A stretch of DNA of 64,000 nt, taken from Acidimicrobiia bacterium. GTDB lineage: Bacteria; Actinomycetota; Acidimicrobiia; Spongiisociales; Spongiisociaceae. The stretch lies in assembly GCA_009841075.1 (NCBI GenBank), contig VXMP01000075.1:5907-69906 (forward strand). The letters are read 5' to 3'. The notes beneath the pieces were generated by a model, which saw nothing but the letters and a program-made list of their open reading frames with translations, had not been told where the DNA came from and made no database searches. Made by a program: the position numbers and the translations under genes. Each line of letters begins with the position of its first letter. The first letter of the stretch is position 1. Of this stretch, positions 1 to 9,594 are shown piece by piece.

Positions 1-1
1 T

Positions 2-1015
2 CTCGACCGAGAAGCCATTCGTGCCATACCCGACGGGCTTTACACCGCCGAAGGGTTCCTGGATTCGGACGGAGTAGGTGAAGAACCCGTCCGAATCAAG
101 GTTTCTATTGAGGTAGAAGATGAACATTTAAGGTTCGACCTCACCGAGACGGACGGCCCCGGCCAAGGCCCTATCAACTGCGGGGCGGTGCAAACCTTGG
201 CGGCCTGTCGGCTGGCCTTCAAGTATCTGTTCAACTCGAATCAGCCGGTCAACGGGGGCACCTTTCGACCGCTGGAGGTGAAGACCCGGCCCGGATCGGT
301 CCTGAATGCCCACTCCCCCGCCGCCTGCCAGTTCTACTTCACCCCCTTAGGACTGATGATCGACCTGATCTGCGCGGCACTCGCACCCGCCCTACCCGAC
401 ACGGTACCGGCCGCCCACTACGGAGACGGCATGATCTTTCAATTCACCGGCACCCACCCCTCCACCGGAGACCTATTCCTCGACAACGAGCCCCACGTAG
501 GAGGTTGGGGTGCTTCGCAAGGACAGGACGGAGAGGACGGGATGATCTGGACCCTGTCCGGCAACTTTCACGACATGCCCATCGAGGTTTTCGAGTCCAA
601 ATTTCCCGCCCGGATTACGGAATACGGCTACCGCCAGGACTCCGCCGGAGCAGGTCGATGGCGGGGCGGCAACGGCATAATCAGGGAATATCAGATGACC
701 ACCGACACCGAGTTGAGTCTCTGGTTCGAGCGCTCCGGCAACCCGGCCTGGGGCCTGTTCGGCGGCCAAGCCGGACTCCCCCCAAAGGTGGTAATCAACC
801 CGGGAACTCCCAGGGAAGCCCGACACCTCAAAACCAACCGGATGCCTCTCCGTAACGGAGACGTGGTCCGCTGCTATACCGGAGGAGGCGGAGGCTACGG
901 CGATCCCCTGGAACGCGACCCCCAAGACATTGAAGCCGACCTGTCAAACGGCCACATCTCCCCCCACTACGCCCAACAACACCACCGATATGTCACCAGG
1001 AAGAATGGCGGGTGA
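2..1015 (+). CDS. N-methylhydantoinase B / 5-oxoprolinase B-subunit (HyuB) family, C-terminal part; 5' end lies outside the window
   Basis: The frame is open from position 2 and continues into ORF 188..1015. The translation is hydantoinase_B-like (GGTFRP, glycine-rich C-terminus GGGGGYGDP). Confidence 0.8.
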   Translation, partial: LDREAIRAIPDGLYTAEGFLDSDGVGEEPVRIKVSIEVEDEHLRFDLTETDGPGQGPINCGAVQTLAACRLAFKYLFNSNQPVNGGTFRPLEVKTRPGSVLNAHSPAACQFYFTPLGLMIDLICAALAPALPDTVPAAHYGDGMIFQFTGTHPSTGDLFLDNEPHVGGWGASQGQDGEDGMIWTLSGNFHDMPIEVFESKFPARITEYGYRQDSAGAGRWRGGNGIIREYQMTTDTELSLWFERSGNPAWGLFGGQAGLPPKVVINPGTPREARHLKTNRMPLRNGDVVRCYTGGGGGYGDPLERDPQDIEADLSNGHISPHYAQQHHRYVTRKNGG

Positions 1016-1059
1016 TATTTCTCCCTACCAACTACGGTTGGGTTAAGGGCATATCCTTA

Positions 1060-2355
1060 TTACTTGTGCTTGAACCACACCAAGCCCTCACCCCTGGAGA
1101 TCACTGCAACGTCAATCGGACCTCCAATAGATTCGGCACCGGGCGTGAACTTCTCTTTGAAAGAAGCCAGGCTGACCAAGGTTTCAGCCATCTCGCCCAA
1201 ATGCTCCTTCGGTAACCCGGCGACAAGTTCTACCAGAGGCAAGGAATACTGCCTGATCATTGCTTCCATTTCATCATGGGCATTACGAAGGACTACTTCA
1301 GATAGCCCCTGAAGGTCTTTCATCAAAGGCGTAGAGATTGAGTCCGGTGTTCTGTTTTTAATTCGTTCGGAGATAATTTTTGCCTGAGCTTTTAACATTT
1401 TTTCGATTTGCTTATAATGAACTTCTAGAATCTTAGGATGAATCCCATCAATAAGGGTCTTGGAAATTTCGTGTTGTTGAGCGAAGGGAAGAATGGCAGA
1501 AGACTTGGCGTCATTAATTTCGATCATCTCTAACTGACGGGTTTTGACAACATCATCCATCATCTGATCGATAATCCAATGGGCTAGAGAGGGAAATATC
1601 TGATCCTTCCCGAAACCCGTAACAACCATCCCGGTTGAACCGGTCGACCAGTGAGCGGTTCGAAGATTTTGGATAGTCATCCTCCCTATATCCTGTCGGA
1701 TCGCCCTATTCAAAATACCTTCGCCCTGCATAAGCAGTTCGGGCCTCTGGCTAAACCATATATCTAAAAGATCATCCCAGTCATCAATTTTTTTATCAAA
1801 GAGCTCCCAATTTTGTAAAGCCAGGTCTAATTGCCGAAATGCCTTACCTTCATCAAGTCCCGAAACCGGGCCGATCTCAGCAAGATATTCTATCCTAGAC
1901 CGCACTACCTCTTGTAGTTGATGTAAGAAATAGTTTAGTTTTTCACTCCTGGTTCCAGGATGACTTCGTATATAAGTCCCTAGACTAGATCGAGCAAGGT
2001 AACTTAATTGCTCTAACTCATGGAGTATCTCGTTACGCACAAAATTAGTTTGAATCTCAGAAGAAATGTGGCGAGTCATCTGCGATAAAAAGTCAATAAA
2101 ATGCGAGCCGTGCTCTTCGACCGTTGAAAACTGAATTGATTGATTCAGACGTTTGTATTCCTGAACAATCGTCTCCCATGGGATGGGGCCTAGTGAAGAG
2201 GCACCATAGAACATAACTACTATGGGCGGATCAATCGATAACGGTAAGATTTTATTCGCCGTGTTATAGACCTTGGCGTCGCTCGTTAAAGTCACTGCGC
2301 TATCCGCGGCTACCGCCACCCCGTATCTATTCAGAATGGCTATCTCCGCTGTCAT
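1060..2355 (-). CDS. Hypothetical protein from a lower-GC island. The N-terminus resembles proteasome-beta/HslV Ntn hydrolases (MTAEIAILNRYGVAVAADSAVT...NKILPL...MFYGASSLG); the ~300-aa C-terminal region is unknown.
   Basis: The ORF is 1060..2505, but the likely start is the ATG at 2355, preceded by AAGGGA. The body is AT-richer than the flanking DNA. Thr2, Asp17 and Lys34 sit at proteasome catalytic positions. Confidence 0.6.
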   Translation of the reverse strand: MTAEIAILNRYGVAVAADSAVTLTSDAKVYNTANKILPLSIDPPIVVMFYGASSLGPIPWETIVQEYKRLNQSIQFSTVEEHGSHFIDFLSQMTRHISSEIQTNFVRNEILHELEQLSYLARSSLGTYIRSHPGTRSEKLNYFLHQLQEVVRSRIEYLAEIGPVSGLDEGKAFRQLDLALQNWELFDKKIDDWDDLLDIWFSQRPELLMQGEGILNRAIRQDIGRMTIQNLRTAHWSTGSTGMVVTGFGKDQIFPSLAHWIIDQMMDDVVKTRQLEMIEINDAKSSAILPFAQQHEISKTLIDGIHPKILEVHYKQIEKMLKAQAKIISERIKNRTPDSISTPLMKDLQGLSEVVLRNAHDEMEAMIRQYSLPLVELVAGLPKEHLGEMAETLVSLASFKEKFTPGAESIGGPIDVAVISRGEGLVWFKHK

Positions 2356-2496
2356 GATGGGTCCCTTAAAAGGCGGGTTGAGGTTGGGTATAGAAGAGGA
2401 TGTCACATCATAGCTGAAGCGCTGGGCAGGAGGCCTTAACTTTCTGGCCGATTTACAGCCGTGAGGAGCGTCCCCCAGTCCCTCTCTCCGATTGAT

Positions 2497-2537
2497 TATG
2501 TGCAAAAACGGGAACAGATTACGTGCAAAACCAGGAA
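2497..2537 (+). promoter_or_regulatory. Direct repeat TNNGTGCAAAAMC-GGAA x2 in the divergent intergenic region; candidate operator
   Basis: tatGTGCAAAAACGGGAAca and tacGTGCAAAACCAGGAAtg are spaced about 21 nt apart, immediately upstream of the ATPase start at 2566. Confidence 0.35.
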
Positions 2538-2565
2538 TGACTTCGGTTTGCTACCCTAACTCCTC

Positions 2566-3795
2566 ATGGAAGGTTATGTCCCCCGCCTGGTAGACCGGCT
2601 TCTTGAGGAATACATCAAAGAAATCCCCGCCGTCATGGTGGTGGGTCCGCGCGCCTGTGGGAAAACCACCACCGCTCTCCGTCTTGTTCGTAGCGTGGTC
2701 CGGCTTGACTCGGATCAAGCCGCCTCGTTCCGGGCCGGGCCGGATGCGGCGCTACACGGGCGGGAAGAACCCGTACTGCTTGACGAGTGGCAGATGGTGC
2801 CGGAGGTGCTCGGTGCGGTCAAACGAGCCATAGACACCGACCGCCGACCCGGACGCTACCTTATCACCGGATCAGCCCGAACCGACCCGACCGACCGGCT
2901 CTGGCCACTAACCGGTCGGGCGGTAATGCTGCGTATGCACCCTCTGACGGTGGCCGAACAAGAGCATAGGCCCGTGCGCCCGCTGATCGACCGCATAGCG
3001 GAAGGCGAGGAGCCGGTAAAGGTCGAGGGGCCGCCAGTCGACCTGCGCGTCTATCTTCAGATCGCCTTAAAAGGTGGTTTCCCTGAGCCCGCCCTGAAGC
3101 TGAGCGAGTGGGCTGCCAGAGCTTGGCTCGAAAGCTACGCCGACCAGATCGCCCTAAGAGATTCCCGAACTCTCGGCAGCGAACCCGATGCCTACCGGCT
3201 GAAGCGCTACTTGGAGGCTTACGCCATCAACTCAGGACGGATAGTCCAACACAAGACGATCTACGACGCGGCCGGCATCAGCCGAAAGACCGCCTTGGCA
3301 TACGATGCCCTACTAAGCGACCTGATGGTCTTGAACGAGCTGCCGGCTTGGGCGACCAACCGACTCAAGCGGCTCAGCCGGGCTCCCAGGCGCTACCTGG
3401 TCGATTCTGGCCTGCTCGGGGGGATATTACGGGTCGGCATCGACGATGTAATGGCTAACGGCAACCTCCTCGGGACCATGATCGAGACGTTTGTGATAGC
3501 CCAGCTCCAGGCTCAAGCGGCTGTTTCGAGCACCCGCTATCGGCTTTCGCATCTACGGGAGCGCGACGGACGAAGGGAGGTGGACGTGATCGCAGAGTTG
3601 TCAGGAGGAAGGGTGATCGCCATAGAGATAAAGGCCGGGTCAAAGATCAGATCCTCCGATGCCCGACACCTATCGTGGTTGGGCGAGACCATGCAGGAAC
3701 GCTTCGTGGGCGGTGTAGTGCTGCATACCGGTCCCGACACCTACCGACTGGGTGATCGCATATTCGCCACTCCCATATCCACCCTGTGGGCTTAG
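2566..3795 (+). CDS. AAA+ ATPase, DUF4143 family (AAA_14 + DUF4143), paralog 1
   Basis: Walker A GPRACGKTT and Walker B LLDEWQ are present. The architecture is shared with the ORFs at 7238..8383 and 52788..54080. Confidence 0.85.
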   Translation: MEGYVPRLVDRLLEEYIKEIPAVMVVGPRACGKTTTALRLVRSVVRLDSDQAASFRAGPDAALHGREEPVLLDEWQMVPEVLGAVKRAIDTDRRPGRYLITGSARTDPTDRLWPLTGRAVMLRMHPLTVAEQEHRPVRPLIDRIAEGEEPVKVEGPPVDLRVYLQIALKGGFPEPALKLSEWAARAWLESYADQIALRDSRTLGSEPDAYRLKRYLEAYAINSGRIVQHKTIYDAAGISRKTALAYDALLSDLMVLNELPAWATNRLKRLSRAPRRYLVDSGLLGGILRVGIDDVMANGNLLGTMIETFVIAQLQAQAAVSSTRYRLSHLRERDGRREVDVIAELSGGRVIAIEIKAGSKIRSSDARHLSWLGETMQERFVGGVVLHTGPDTYRLGDRIFATPISTLWA

Positions 3796-3914
3796 CCTTC
3801 AAGCACTATTCTTAAGCGATGGATCCGCTGAAGTTTCCCCCGTTTTCAGGATATTCCAGCCGACGGCATGATTCAGTACCATGAGGATCCGGTGCGGACA
3901 CTGCAAGAAGCGGC

Positions 3915-4360
3915 ATGACTCAATCTAAGGCGTTCGGCTCTGTGCTCAAAAATCGTATGGGAAAGACACGAAATCACCAACACCAAAGCCCAAAGCTCAA
4001 CCATCAGTTCTGAAGAGAGATACCACACCTTCAATCCCGAAGAAGGCTCCCGAACCGCCGCAGAAAATAACCCCAACCCCGGTACCTAAGAAAGAAACGA
4101 AACCTCCAACACCGAAGAGTAAACCGAAAGCTCCAACACCGAAGAGAAAGCCGAAGTCTCAACCTCGCAAGGCCGCCAAAAGCCGCCCCCGGCCCGCTGC
4201 CAAAAAGAAGCGTGAATGGCGTCCCGATAGGCATCCAAGTGAATACGGGCGGTTGACAGTCCGGCAACCAGGTAAGCCGGAGAGATTTATTCCGGGTGGT
4301 GGTAAATGCCAATCCTGCGGAATGATATATCTTGCCGATGGTAGGTGCAGGTGTTCCTAA
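3915..4360 (+). pseudogene. Possible frameshifted gene: a short ATG-initiated frame followed out of frame by a Lys/Pro-rich (TPKxKP repeat) open frame ending in a Cys cluster (GGGKCQSCG...CRC)
   Basis: The ATG at 3915 opens a 32-codon frame. The long K/P-rich frame has no start codon and stops at TAA 4358-4360. The region is lower GC. Confidence 0.25.
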
Positions 4361-4443
4361 GCTAAAGCAGTTAGAGGAAGTGCTGTGCCGAAAACGAGGT
4401 TCATACACTTTAAAGTGCCCTCCGTCGGGGTGTTTGATGGACT

Positions 4444-5274
4444 TTACGGGCGAGGCCGCCCCGGGAGGAAGGGGTTGGTCCGCCGCATATAGTCGGCGTA
4501 GCCTGGTCTACGGTCGCCGATGGTTCTCTCCAGCATCGCCACACCGGATATCCGTACCAGCAGATAGTTCATGAGTAAAGGTCCGGCGAATGTCCAGACG
4601 GCACCGGCGGCCAAAGCCACCAGAAAGAAACCCCACCAGACCACGCAGTCGCCGAAGTAGTTGGGATGACGGCTATATCTCCACAGGCCGCTATCCAGAA
4701 CGGCGTGCCGGTTGGTCGGGTCGGAACGAAAGCGGCGAAGCTGAAGGTCGGCAACCGCCTCAAACCTCAAACCGATAGTCCAGACCGCCACCCCCAACCC
4801 GTCCAGCCAACCGAGCGGGCCAGCACCCTGGTCGACCAAAACGGCTTGGATCGGCAGCGACACAACCACTGCCACCGCGCCCTGCAGACCGAACACGATC
4901 AGGAGACTCCACCATTCGAAGGGTGGGTAGCGGCGGCGCATGGAGGCATACCGATAATCCTCCGGTTCTCCCCATTTTCGGACGGTGAGGTGGGCCGAAA
5001 GCCGAACTCCCCAAATCGTCACCATCACCAGCATCAGCACCGAGCGTCCCGACTCCGGTCTGCCGACCTCGGATATATAAAGCACCCAGGCCGATAGGAC
5101 AAACAACATCCCCCAGATGGGATCGACGATAGAAGCATCCCTTTTAGCCAGGCTCAGCAGCCAACCGGCCCCCATGACGATGGCCACGACCGAACCGGTA
5201 ATCAGCAGTCCGGTGGTTATCTGCTCCATAAATATGAGCCTATCGTCACCCGACCGGTTAACCCCGAAGCCCAT
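4444..5274 (-). CDS. DUF1295 / steroid 5-alpha-reductase-like integral membrane protein
   Basis: Multi-TM protein with the family-typical SRHPNYFGD motif, adjacent to the photolyase gene. Confidence 0.8.
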   Translation of the reverse strand: MGFGVNRSGDDRLIFMEQITTGLLITGSVVAIVMGAGWLLSLAKRDASIVDPIWGMLFVLSAWVLYISEVGRPESGRSVLMLVMVTIWGVRLSAHLTVRKWGEPEDYRYASMRRRYPPFEWWSLLIVFGLQGAVAVVVSLPIQAVLVDQGAGPLGWLDGLGVAVWTIGLRFEAVADLQLRRFRSDPTNRHAVLDSGLWRYSRHPNYFGDCVVWWGFFLVALAAGAVWTFAGPLLMNYLLVRISGVAMLERTIGDRRPGYADYMRRTNPFLPGRPRP

Positions 5275-5295
5275 ATCTACGACCGAGGGTATATC

Positions 5296-6693
5296 GTGGC
5301 TGCCATGTCGTCGCGAGCGCTGATCTGGTTCAGAAGGGACTTGCGCCTAGGCGACAATCCCGCCTGGACGTCAGCCTGCACCCGCGATAAAGTCTCCGCA
5401 CTGGTAGTTCTCGAACCAACCCTGCCGGCGGCGGCGGGTCCCTACCGGCGGCGGGCTTATCTATCCGCCGTAGCCGGACTGGAACAAACCCTTCTTTCAA
5501 GAGGAGGCGGACTTAGGGTGTTGAAAGGAAACCCGGCCCGAGAAGTGCCCAAAGTGGCCGCCGAAGTGGGGGCCGAGGTAGTGGTGGTGAACTCGGACGT
5601 CACCCGCTGGTCGAAGCAGCGAGACAACCTGGTGAAAAGTCGGCTGGACATCCCGATGGAAACCCATTGGGGGACTCTGGTCCACCCACCCCGGTCGGTC
5701 CTCACCGCCGCCGGACGACTGTCCAGGGTATTCACCGCCTTCTACCGCCGGTGGATGGCGAAACCCTTGGATATCGAGGCACCTCCGCAACAAACGGAAA
5801 TCCTGGCCCCACCACCGGGGACGGCCCTGGCCGATGCCTATGGCCCCGATCTTCCACCCGCCTGGACCGAACGGCACGCCTGGGATCGCCTGGAACGATG
5901 GCTACCAGAAGCTGATCAATATCCCGAAAATCGGGACTTTCCGGCCAGGGATGCCACCTCCAAGCTATCGGCCGAGCTGCGATTCGGACTGTTGTCTCCC
6001 CGGGCGGTGATGGAGTCGGTAGGTGACCATACGCCGGGACGGGCCGCATACGTCCGGCAGCTGGCCTGGCGGGATTGGTTCGCCCATCTAACCTTCGAGA
6101 ACCCTGACATCGACCAGAAGTCACTTCGTCCCGAGTTCGACCAAATCCGCTGGGCTTCGGGTCCTGATGCCGACTCCGATTTCGAAGCCTGGCGCACCGG
6201 ACGTACCGGATTTCCCATAGTGGACGCGCCGATGCGGGAGTTGGCCGCAACCGGCCGGATGCACAACCGGCTACGGATGATCACCGCTTCCTTTCTTATC
6301 AAGGATCTGCTCATCGACTGGAGACGCGGAGAGCGCTGGTTCCGCAAAATGCTCATAGACGGCGACCTCCCCCAGAACTGCGGTAACTGGCAGTGGGTAG
6401 CCGGCGTCGGCCCTGACGCCGCCCCCTACTTCCGGATTTTCAACCCAATCAAGCAAAGCCACCGCTTCGACCCGAACGGTCACTACCTACGTAAATGGCT
6501 ACCGGAGCTGGCACTGCTCGACAACCGGGCCATCCACGCCCCCTGGGAAGCCAATCCATCCACCCTGGCAGCCGCCGACATTGTCCTCGGAACCACCTAT
6601 CCCCGGCCCATAGTGGATCATGCCGAAGCCCGAAAAGCAACCCTGCACGCCTACCGAAACGCCCTCCCCCACCGACCTCCTCGACGAACCTAA
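5296..6693 (+). CDS. phrB: Deoxyribodipyrimidine (CPD) photolyase
   Basis: GTG start. The N-terminus is ALIWFRRDLRLGDNPAW and the FAD-binding C-terminal block is GNWQWVAGVG...FRIFNPIKQ. Confidence 0.92.
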   Translation: MAAMSSRALIWFRRDLRLGDNPAWTSACTRDKVSALVVLEPTLPAAAGPYRRRAYLSAVAGLEQTLLSRGGGLRVLKGNPAREVPKVAAEVGAEVVVVNSDVTRWSKQRDNLVKSRLDIPMETHWGTLVHPPRSVLTAAGRLSRVFTAFYRRWMAKPLDIEAPPQQTEILAPPPGTALADAYGPDLPPAWTERHAWDRLERWLPEADQYPENRDFPARDATSKLSAELRFGLLSPRAVMESVGDHTPGRAAYVRQLAWRDWFAHLTFENPDIDQKSLRPEFDQIRWASGPDADSDFEAWRTGRTGFPIVDAPMRELAATGRMHNRLRMITASFLIKDLLIDWRRGERWFRKMLIDGDLPQNCGNWQWVAGVGPDAAPYFRIFNPIKQSHRFDPNGHYLRKWLPELALLDNRAIHAPWEANPSTLAAADIVLGTTYPRPIVDHAEARKATLHAYRNALPHRPPRRT

Positions 6694-6773
6694 GGTTCTA
6701 AAAGTGTCACCAATAACGTCCTCAACCTAAGCCTCAAGAAGGCACTAAGGAGTTCCCCCGCCGGCTGGCTTCC

Positions 6774-7145
6774 TCATCCACACATCCTCGCCGCATCCGA
6801 CCAATTCTCCACATCCGACGGTGCCTCCTCCCACATCCGCACGGAGGCTTCCGTCTGACGGGCGGCCGATTCCTGCAGCTGCTCCACCGTATCCGGCGGC
6901 CATTCCGTCATATCCGATCCATACGCCTCCCCCAACGACTGCTGGAACGCCAACTCGGCCTGAACGAGGTGATAGTCCTCACACCATGACATATCGTCCT
7001 CTGCCCCACAGGCAGCCGGCATCATCGCCGTCAACATCACCGCCGCCAACACCCTTACGGCGACCACCACCAAATCGCCCCCCTTCCTAACCTTCCCGGA
7101 AGTCCCCTCCTCAGGTGCTGAGGCTGTCATGCTGTCTCCCATCAC
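6774..7145 (-). CDS. Small putative lipoprotein (signal peptide + AAC lipobox)
   Basis: KVRKGGDLVVVAVRVLAAVMLTAMMPAACGAED; the start may be internal. The overlapping plus-strand ORF is proline-rich noise. Confidence 0.4.
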   Translation of the reverse strand: MMGDSMTASAPEEGTSGKVRKGGDLVVVAVRVLAAVMLTAMMPAACGAEDDMSWCEDYHLVQAELAFQQSLGEAYGSDMTEWPPDTVEQLQESAARQTEASVRMWEEAPSDVENWSDAARMCG

Positions 7146-7237
7146 TCAATAATGGCAATACCATAGCGACCGTACCCCACGCCAACCCTTCACCGGGAAG
7201 CAGCGAGGAATTACAACACCCCTCAACACGGAACCCT

Positions 7238-8383
7238 TCAAGGCCAGAGGCTGTCCTCCGCCAAAGCCTGATGGAAAGTTGCGAGCGGCCACACCTCAAT
7301 ACCCTCTCCCGTGCGAAAAGCGTGGGGGCCGGCGTAGACCAGGATTCGGCGGACCAACCCAGGCAGGTCGGCTATGGCCCGAAGCCCTTTGACCATCGAG
7401 GTGTGGTAACGGCGGGCGGATTTGACCTCGATGGCCAGGTGCTCACCGCCTCGGCTTAGAACGAAATCAACCTCGGTCTGAGACTGGGAGGGTGTCCAGT
7501 AGGCGATTTCCTCATACAAATTAAGATGATCGGAGTGGGCTCGAAGCGCGCCGAACACCCAACCCTCCAGGAGAGGCCCTCTTTCTTCGGCAACAACCGC
7601 TCCTGACCGCCGCTTGAGCGCCCGCACCAACCCCGGATCCACCCAATAAAGCTTCGGTCGGCGACGCTCTCGGATACGTAGTCTGGTGTCCAAGGCGGGT
7701 AGCCGGGTGGCGACCAGGGTGTCTTCCAGGATTTCCAGGTAACCGTTGACGGTGGACCGGGCTATACCGACGTCACGGGCTATACCGGCTGCGTTCAGGA
7801 CTTGAGTGTGCATCAAGGCGGCGATGGGCAGAAAACGGACGAATCCGGCCAGGTTACGAACTGCCGCCTCGGCCCTGATCTCTTCCCTTAGATAGAGCTG
7901 CGTGTAGCTCTCCAGCGTTTCGCGGCGGCTCTCAGAGTCCCAGATCAGAGCGATAGTTCCGTAACGGAGTACCTGATCAAGGTCGAAATCGTCGCCGAGT
8001 TCGTTGGCAGTCAGCGGATACATCAACCGGCGAACCGCTCGGCCGGCCAACAGGTTGGTTCCGGCCGTCTTCAGCCGGCGGGCACTTGATCCCAGCAGGG
8101 CAAATCTGGTACCCCGTTCCTCGATATGGCGATGTACCTCGTTGAGTAGTCCAGGGATCCGCTGTATCTCGTCCACAACTATCCAGCGGTCCGGCGGTTG
8201 CCCGGATACGATCCTCCCGAACAGGGCCGGATCGGCCAGTAAATCGGTATATAGGGTCTCGTCGAGAAGATCAAGACGAAGCGCACCAGGCAACGCGGTA
8301 CGCGCCCAGGTGCTCTTGCCCACCCCTCTTATGCCCAGCAAGAAAAAGCTTTTCTGTGGGATCTGCGCCAGCCTTGGGTACAT
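7238..8383 (-). CDS. AAA+ ATPase, DUF4143 family, paralog 2
   Basis: Walker A GIRGVGKST and Walker B VVDEIQ are present. It is divergent from the Fic gene. Confidence 0.85.
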   Translation of the reverse strand: MYPRLAQIPQKSFFLLGIRGVGKSTWARTALPGALRLDLLDETLYTDLLADPALFGRIVSGQPPDRWIVVDEIQRIPGLLNEVHRHIEERGTRFALLGSSARRLKTAGTNLLAGRAVRRLMYPLTANELGDDFDLDQVLRYGTIALIWDSESRRETLESYTQLYLREEIRAEAAVRNLAGFVRFLPIAALMHTQVLNAAGIARDVGIARSTVNGYLEILEDTLVATRLPALDTRLRIRERRRPKLYWVDPGLVRALKRRSGAVVAEERGPLLEGWVFGALRAHSDHLNLYEEIAYWTPSQSQTEVDFVLSRGGEHLAIEVKSARRYHTSMVKGLRAIADLPGLVRRILVYAGPHAFRTGEGIEVWPLATFHQALAEDSLWP

Positions 8384-8468
8384 TCTGTCGTCAAAAATAG
8401 CCGAAAAATGACGGCTGGCTATACATTTTTCACTGATTTCTGACGATAGCGGTCGGGGAAGCCATAAA

Positions 8469-9533
8469 TTGAAAGCCCAATTTTTCGGTATCCTATTGAA
8501 CGATTTGACGAACCTGACACCTGGCCCTCGAATCGGCCGGCCCAGCCACCTAGCGGTCTATCAACGACTGGATATCCAGATCCGGGAGTTCAACGTTTAT
8601 ATGAGAGGCCTACCCACCCCGATGGAAGCCCCGGATATCTGGGAGGAAATATTGCATTGGGAGACCCATCACTCCACCGCTATCGAGGGAAACCCGCTGA
8701 TTCTTTCCGAGGTGCAACAACTACTTGAAGAAGGTGGGGTGCCGGACAGCCAAAGCTCCAGGGACGACCTGGAAGTCTACGGATACGCAGAAGCCGCGGA
8801 ATGGGTATACGGGCATGCCGCACCTTCGTCGTCGTGGTCGGAGACCGAACCGCTCCTGACCCTGAACGATGTGCGAACGATCCATCACCTGGCTATGACG
8901 CCGATCAGGGAATTGAATCCCCAGCCGACCGCCGACGACCAGGAAACCCCCGGTTCCTATAGAAGGCACGATATCCGGTCCTTCCCCAACGGTATGACCC
9001 CCACCTCCTGGCAGGTCATCCCCGCAGAAATGGCCACCTGGATCGATCAGGCCAACTCCATCCGGCGCGACCACCCGAGGTTTCCGGCGCATCTGGCCGA
9101 CCTGCACTGCCGATTCGAACAAATCCACCCGTTCTTTGACGGTAACGGACGGACAGGTCGTTTGGCTCTCAACCTGATCCTGGTTCGGCTCGGCCTACCA
9201 CCGGCGATCATCCTGAAGCGGGACGGTGTTAAATATCTGCGTGCCCTGCAACGGGCCGACCGAGGCGAACCCGGCACCTTGGGCGGGATTGTGGCCCAGG
9301 CAATCATGGGCACCCTGCATCGACATTTGCTTCCCAAACTGGCCGCACCCGATCAGCTGGTCCCGCTCGAAGCCCTGGAAACCCCTGACATGAGCCTTAA
9401 TAATCTGAAGGTGGTGGCCACTCGGGGACGGATGCGAGCCCTTCGAGGCACCGATAACCAGTGGAGAGGCACCCGCAGCTGGGTGGACGAATATAAGGCC
9501 AGCCGCAAATACCGCGCCGGCCGCAAAAAATAA
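8469..9533 (+). CDS. Fic/Doc (Fido) family protein with an N-terminal inhibitory helix
   Basis: Canonical Fic motif HPFFDGNGRTGR. An upstream STAIEGN sequence matches the (S/T)xxxE(G/N) inhibitory motif. Confidence 0.9.
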   Translation: MKAQFFGILLNDLTNLTPGPRIGRPSHLAVYQRLDIQIREFNVYMRGLPTPMEAPDIWEEILHWETHHSTAIEGNPLILSEVQQLLEEGGVPDSQSSRDDLEVYGYAEAAEWVYGHAAPSSSWSETEPLLTLNDVRTIHHLAMTPIRELNPQPTADDQETPGSYRRHDIRSFPNGMTPTSWQVIPAEMATWIDQANSIRRDHPRFPAHLADLHCRFEQIHPFFDGNGRTGRLALNLILVRLGLPPAIILKRDGVKYLRALQRADRGEPGTLGGIVAQAIMGTLHRHLLPKLAAPDQLVPLEALETPDMSLNNLKVVATRGRMRALRGTDNQWRGTRSWVDEYKASRKYRAGRKK

Positions 9534-9594
9534 ATTTGTTTTGTTCTGATTATTTTCGGTCAAGGTGAACAAATTCGGCGGGTCGGGTGCCTGA

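Noticed and set aside
5457-6483. Multiple antisense or alternative-frame ORFs inside phrB, the ABC ATPase, the SDRs and similar genes (for example 5732..6250, 17058..17753, 36629..37210)
   Set aside because: These are typical high-GC shadow ORFs. Their compositions are R/G/P/A-dominated and they sit entirely inside genes with strong homology signatures.
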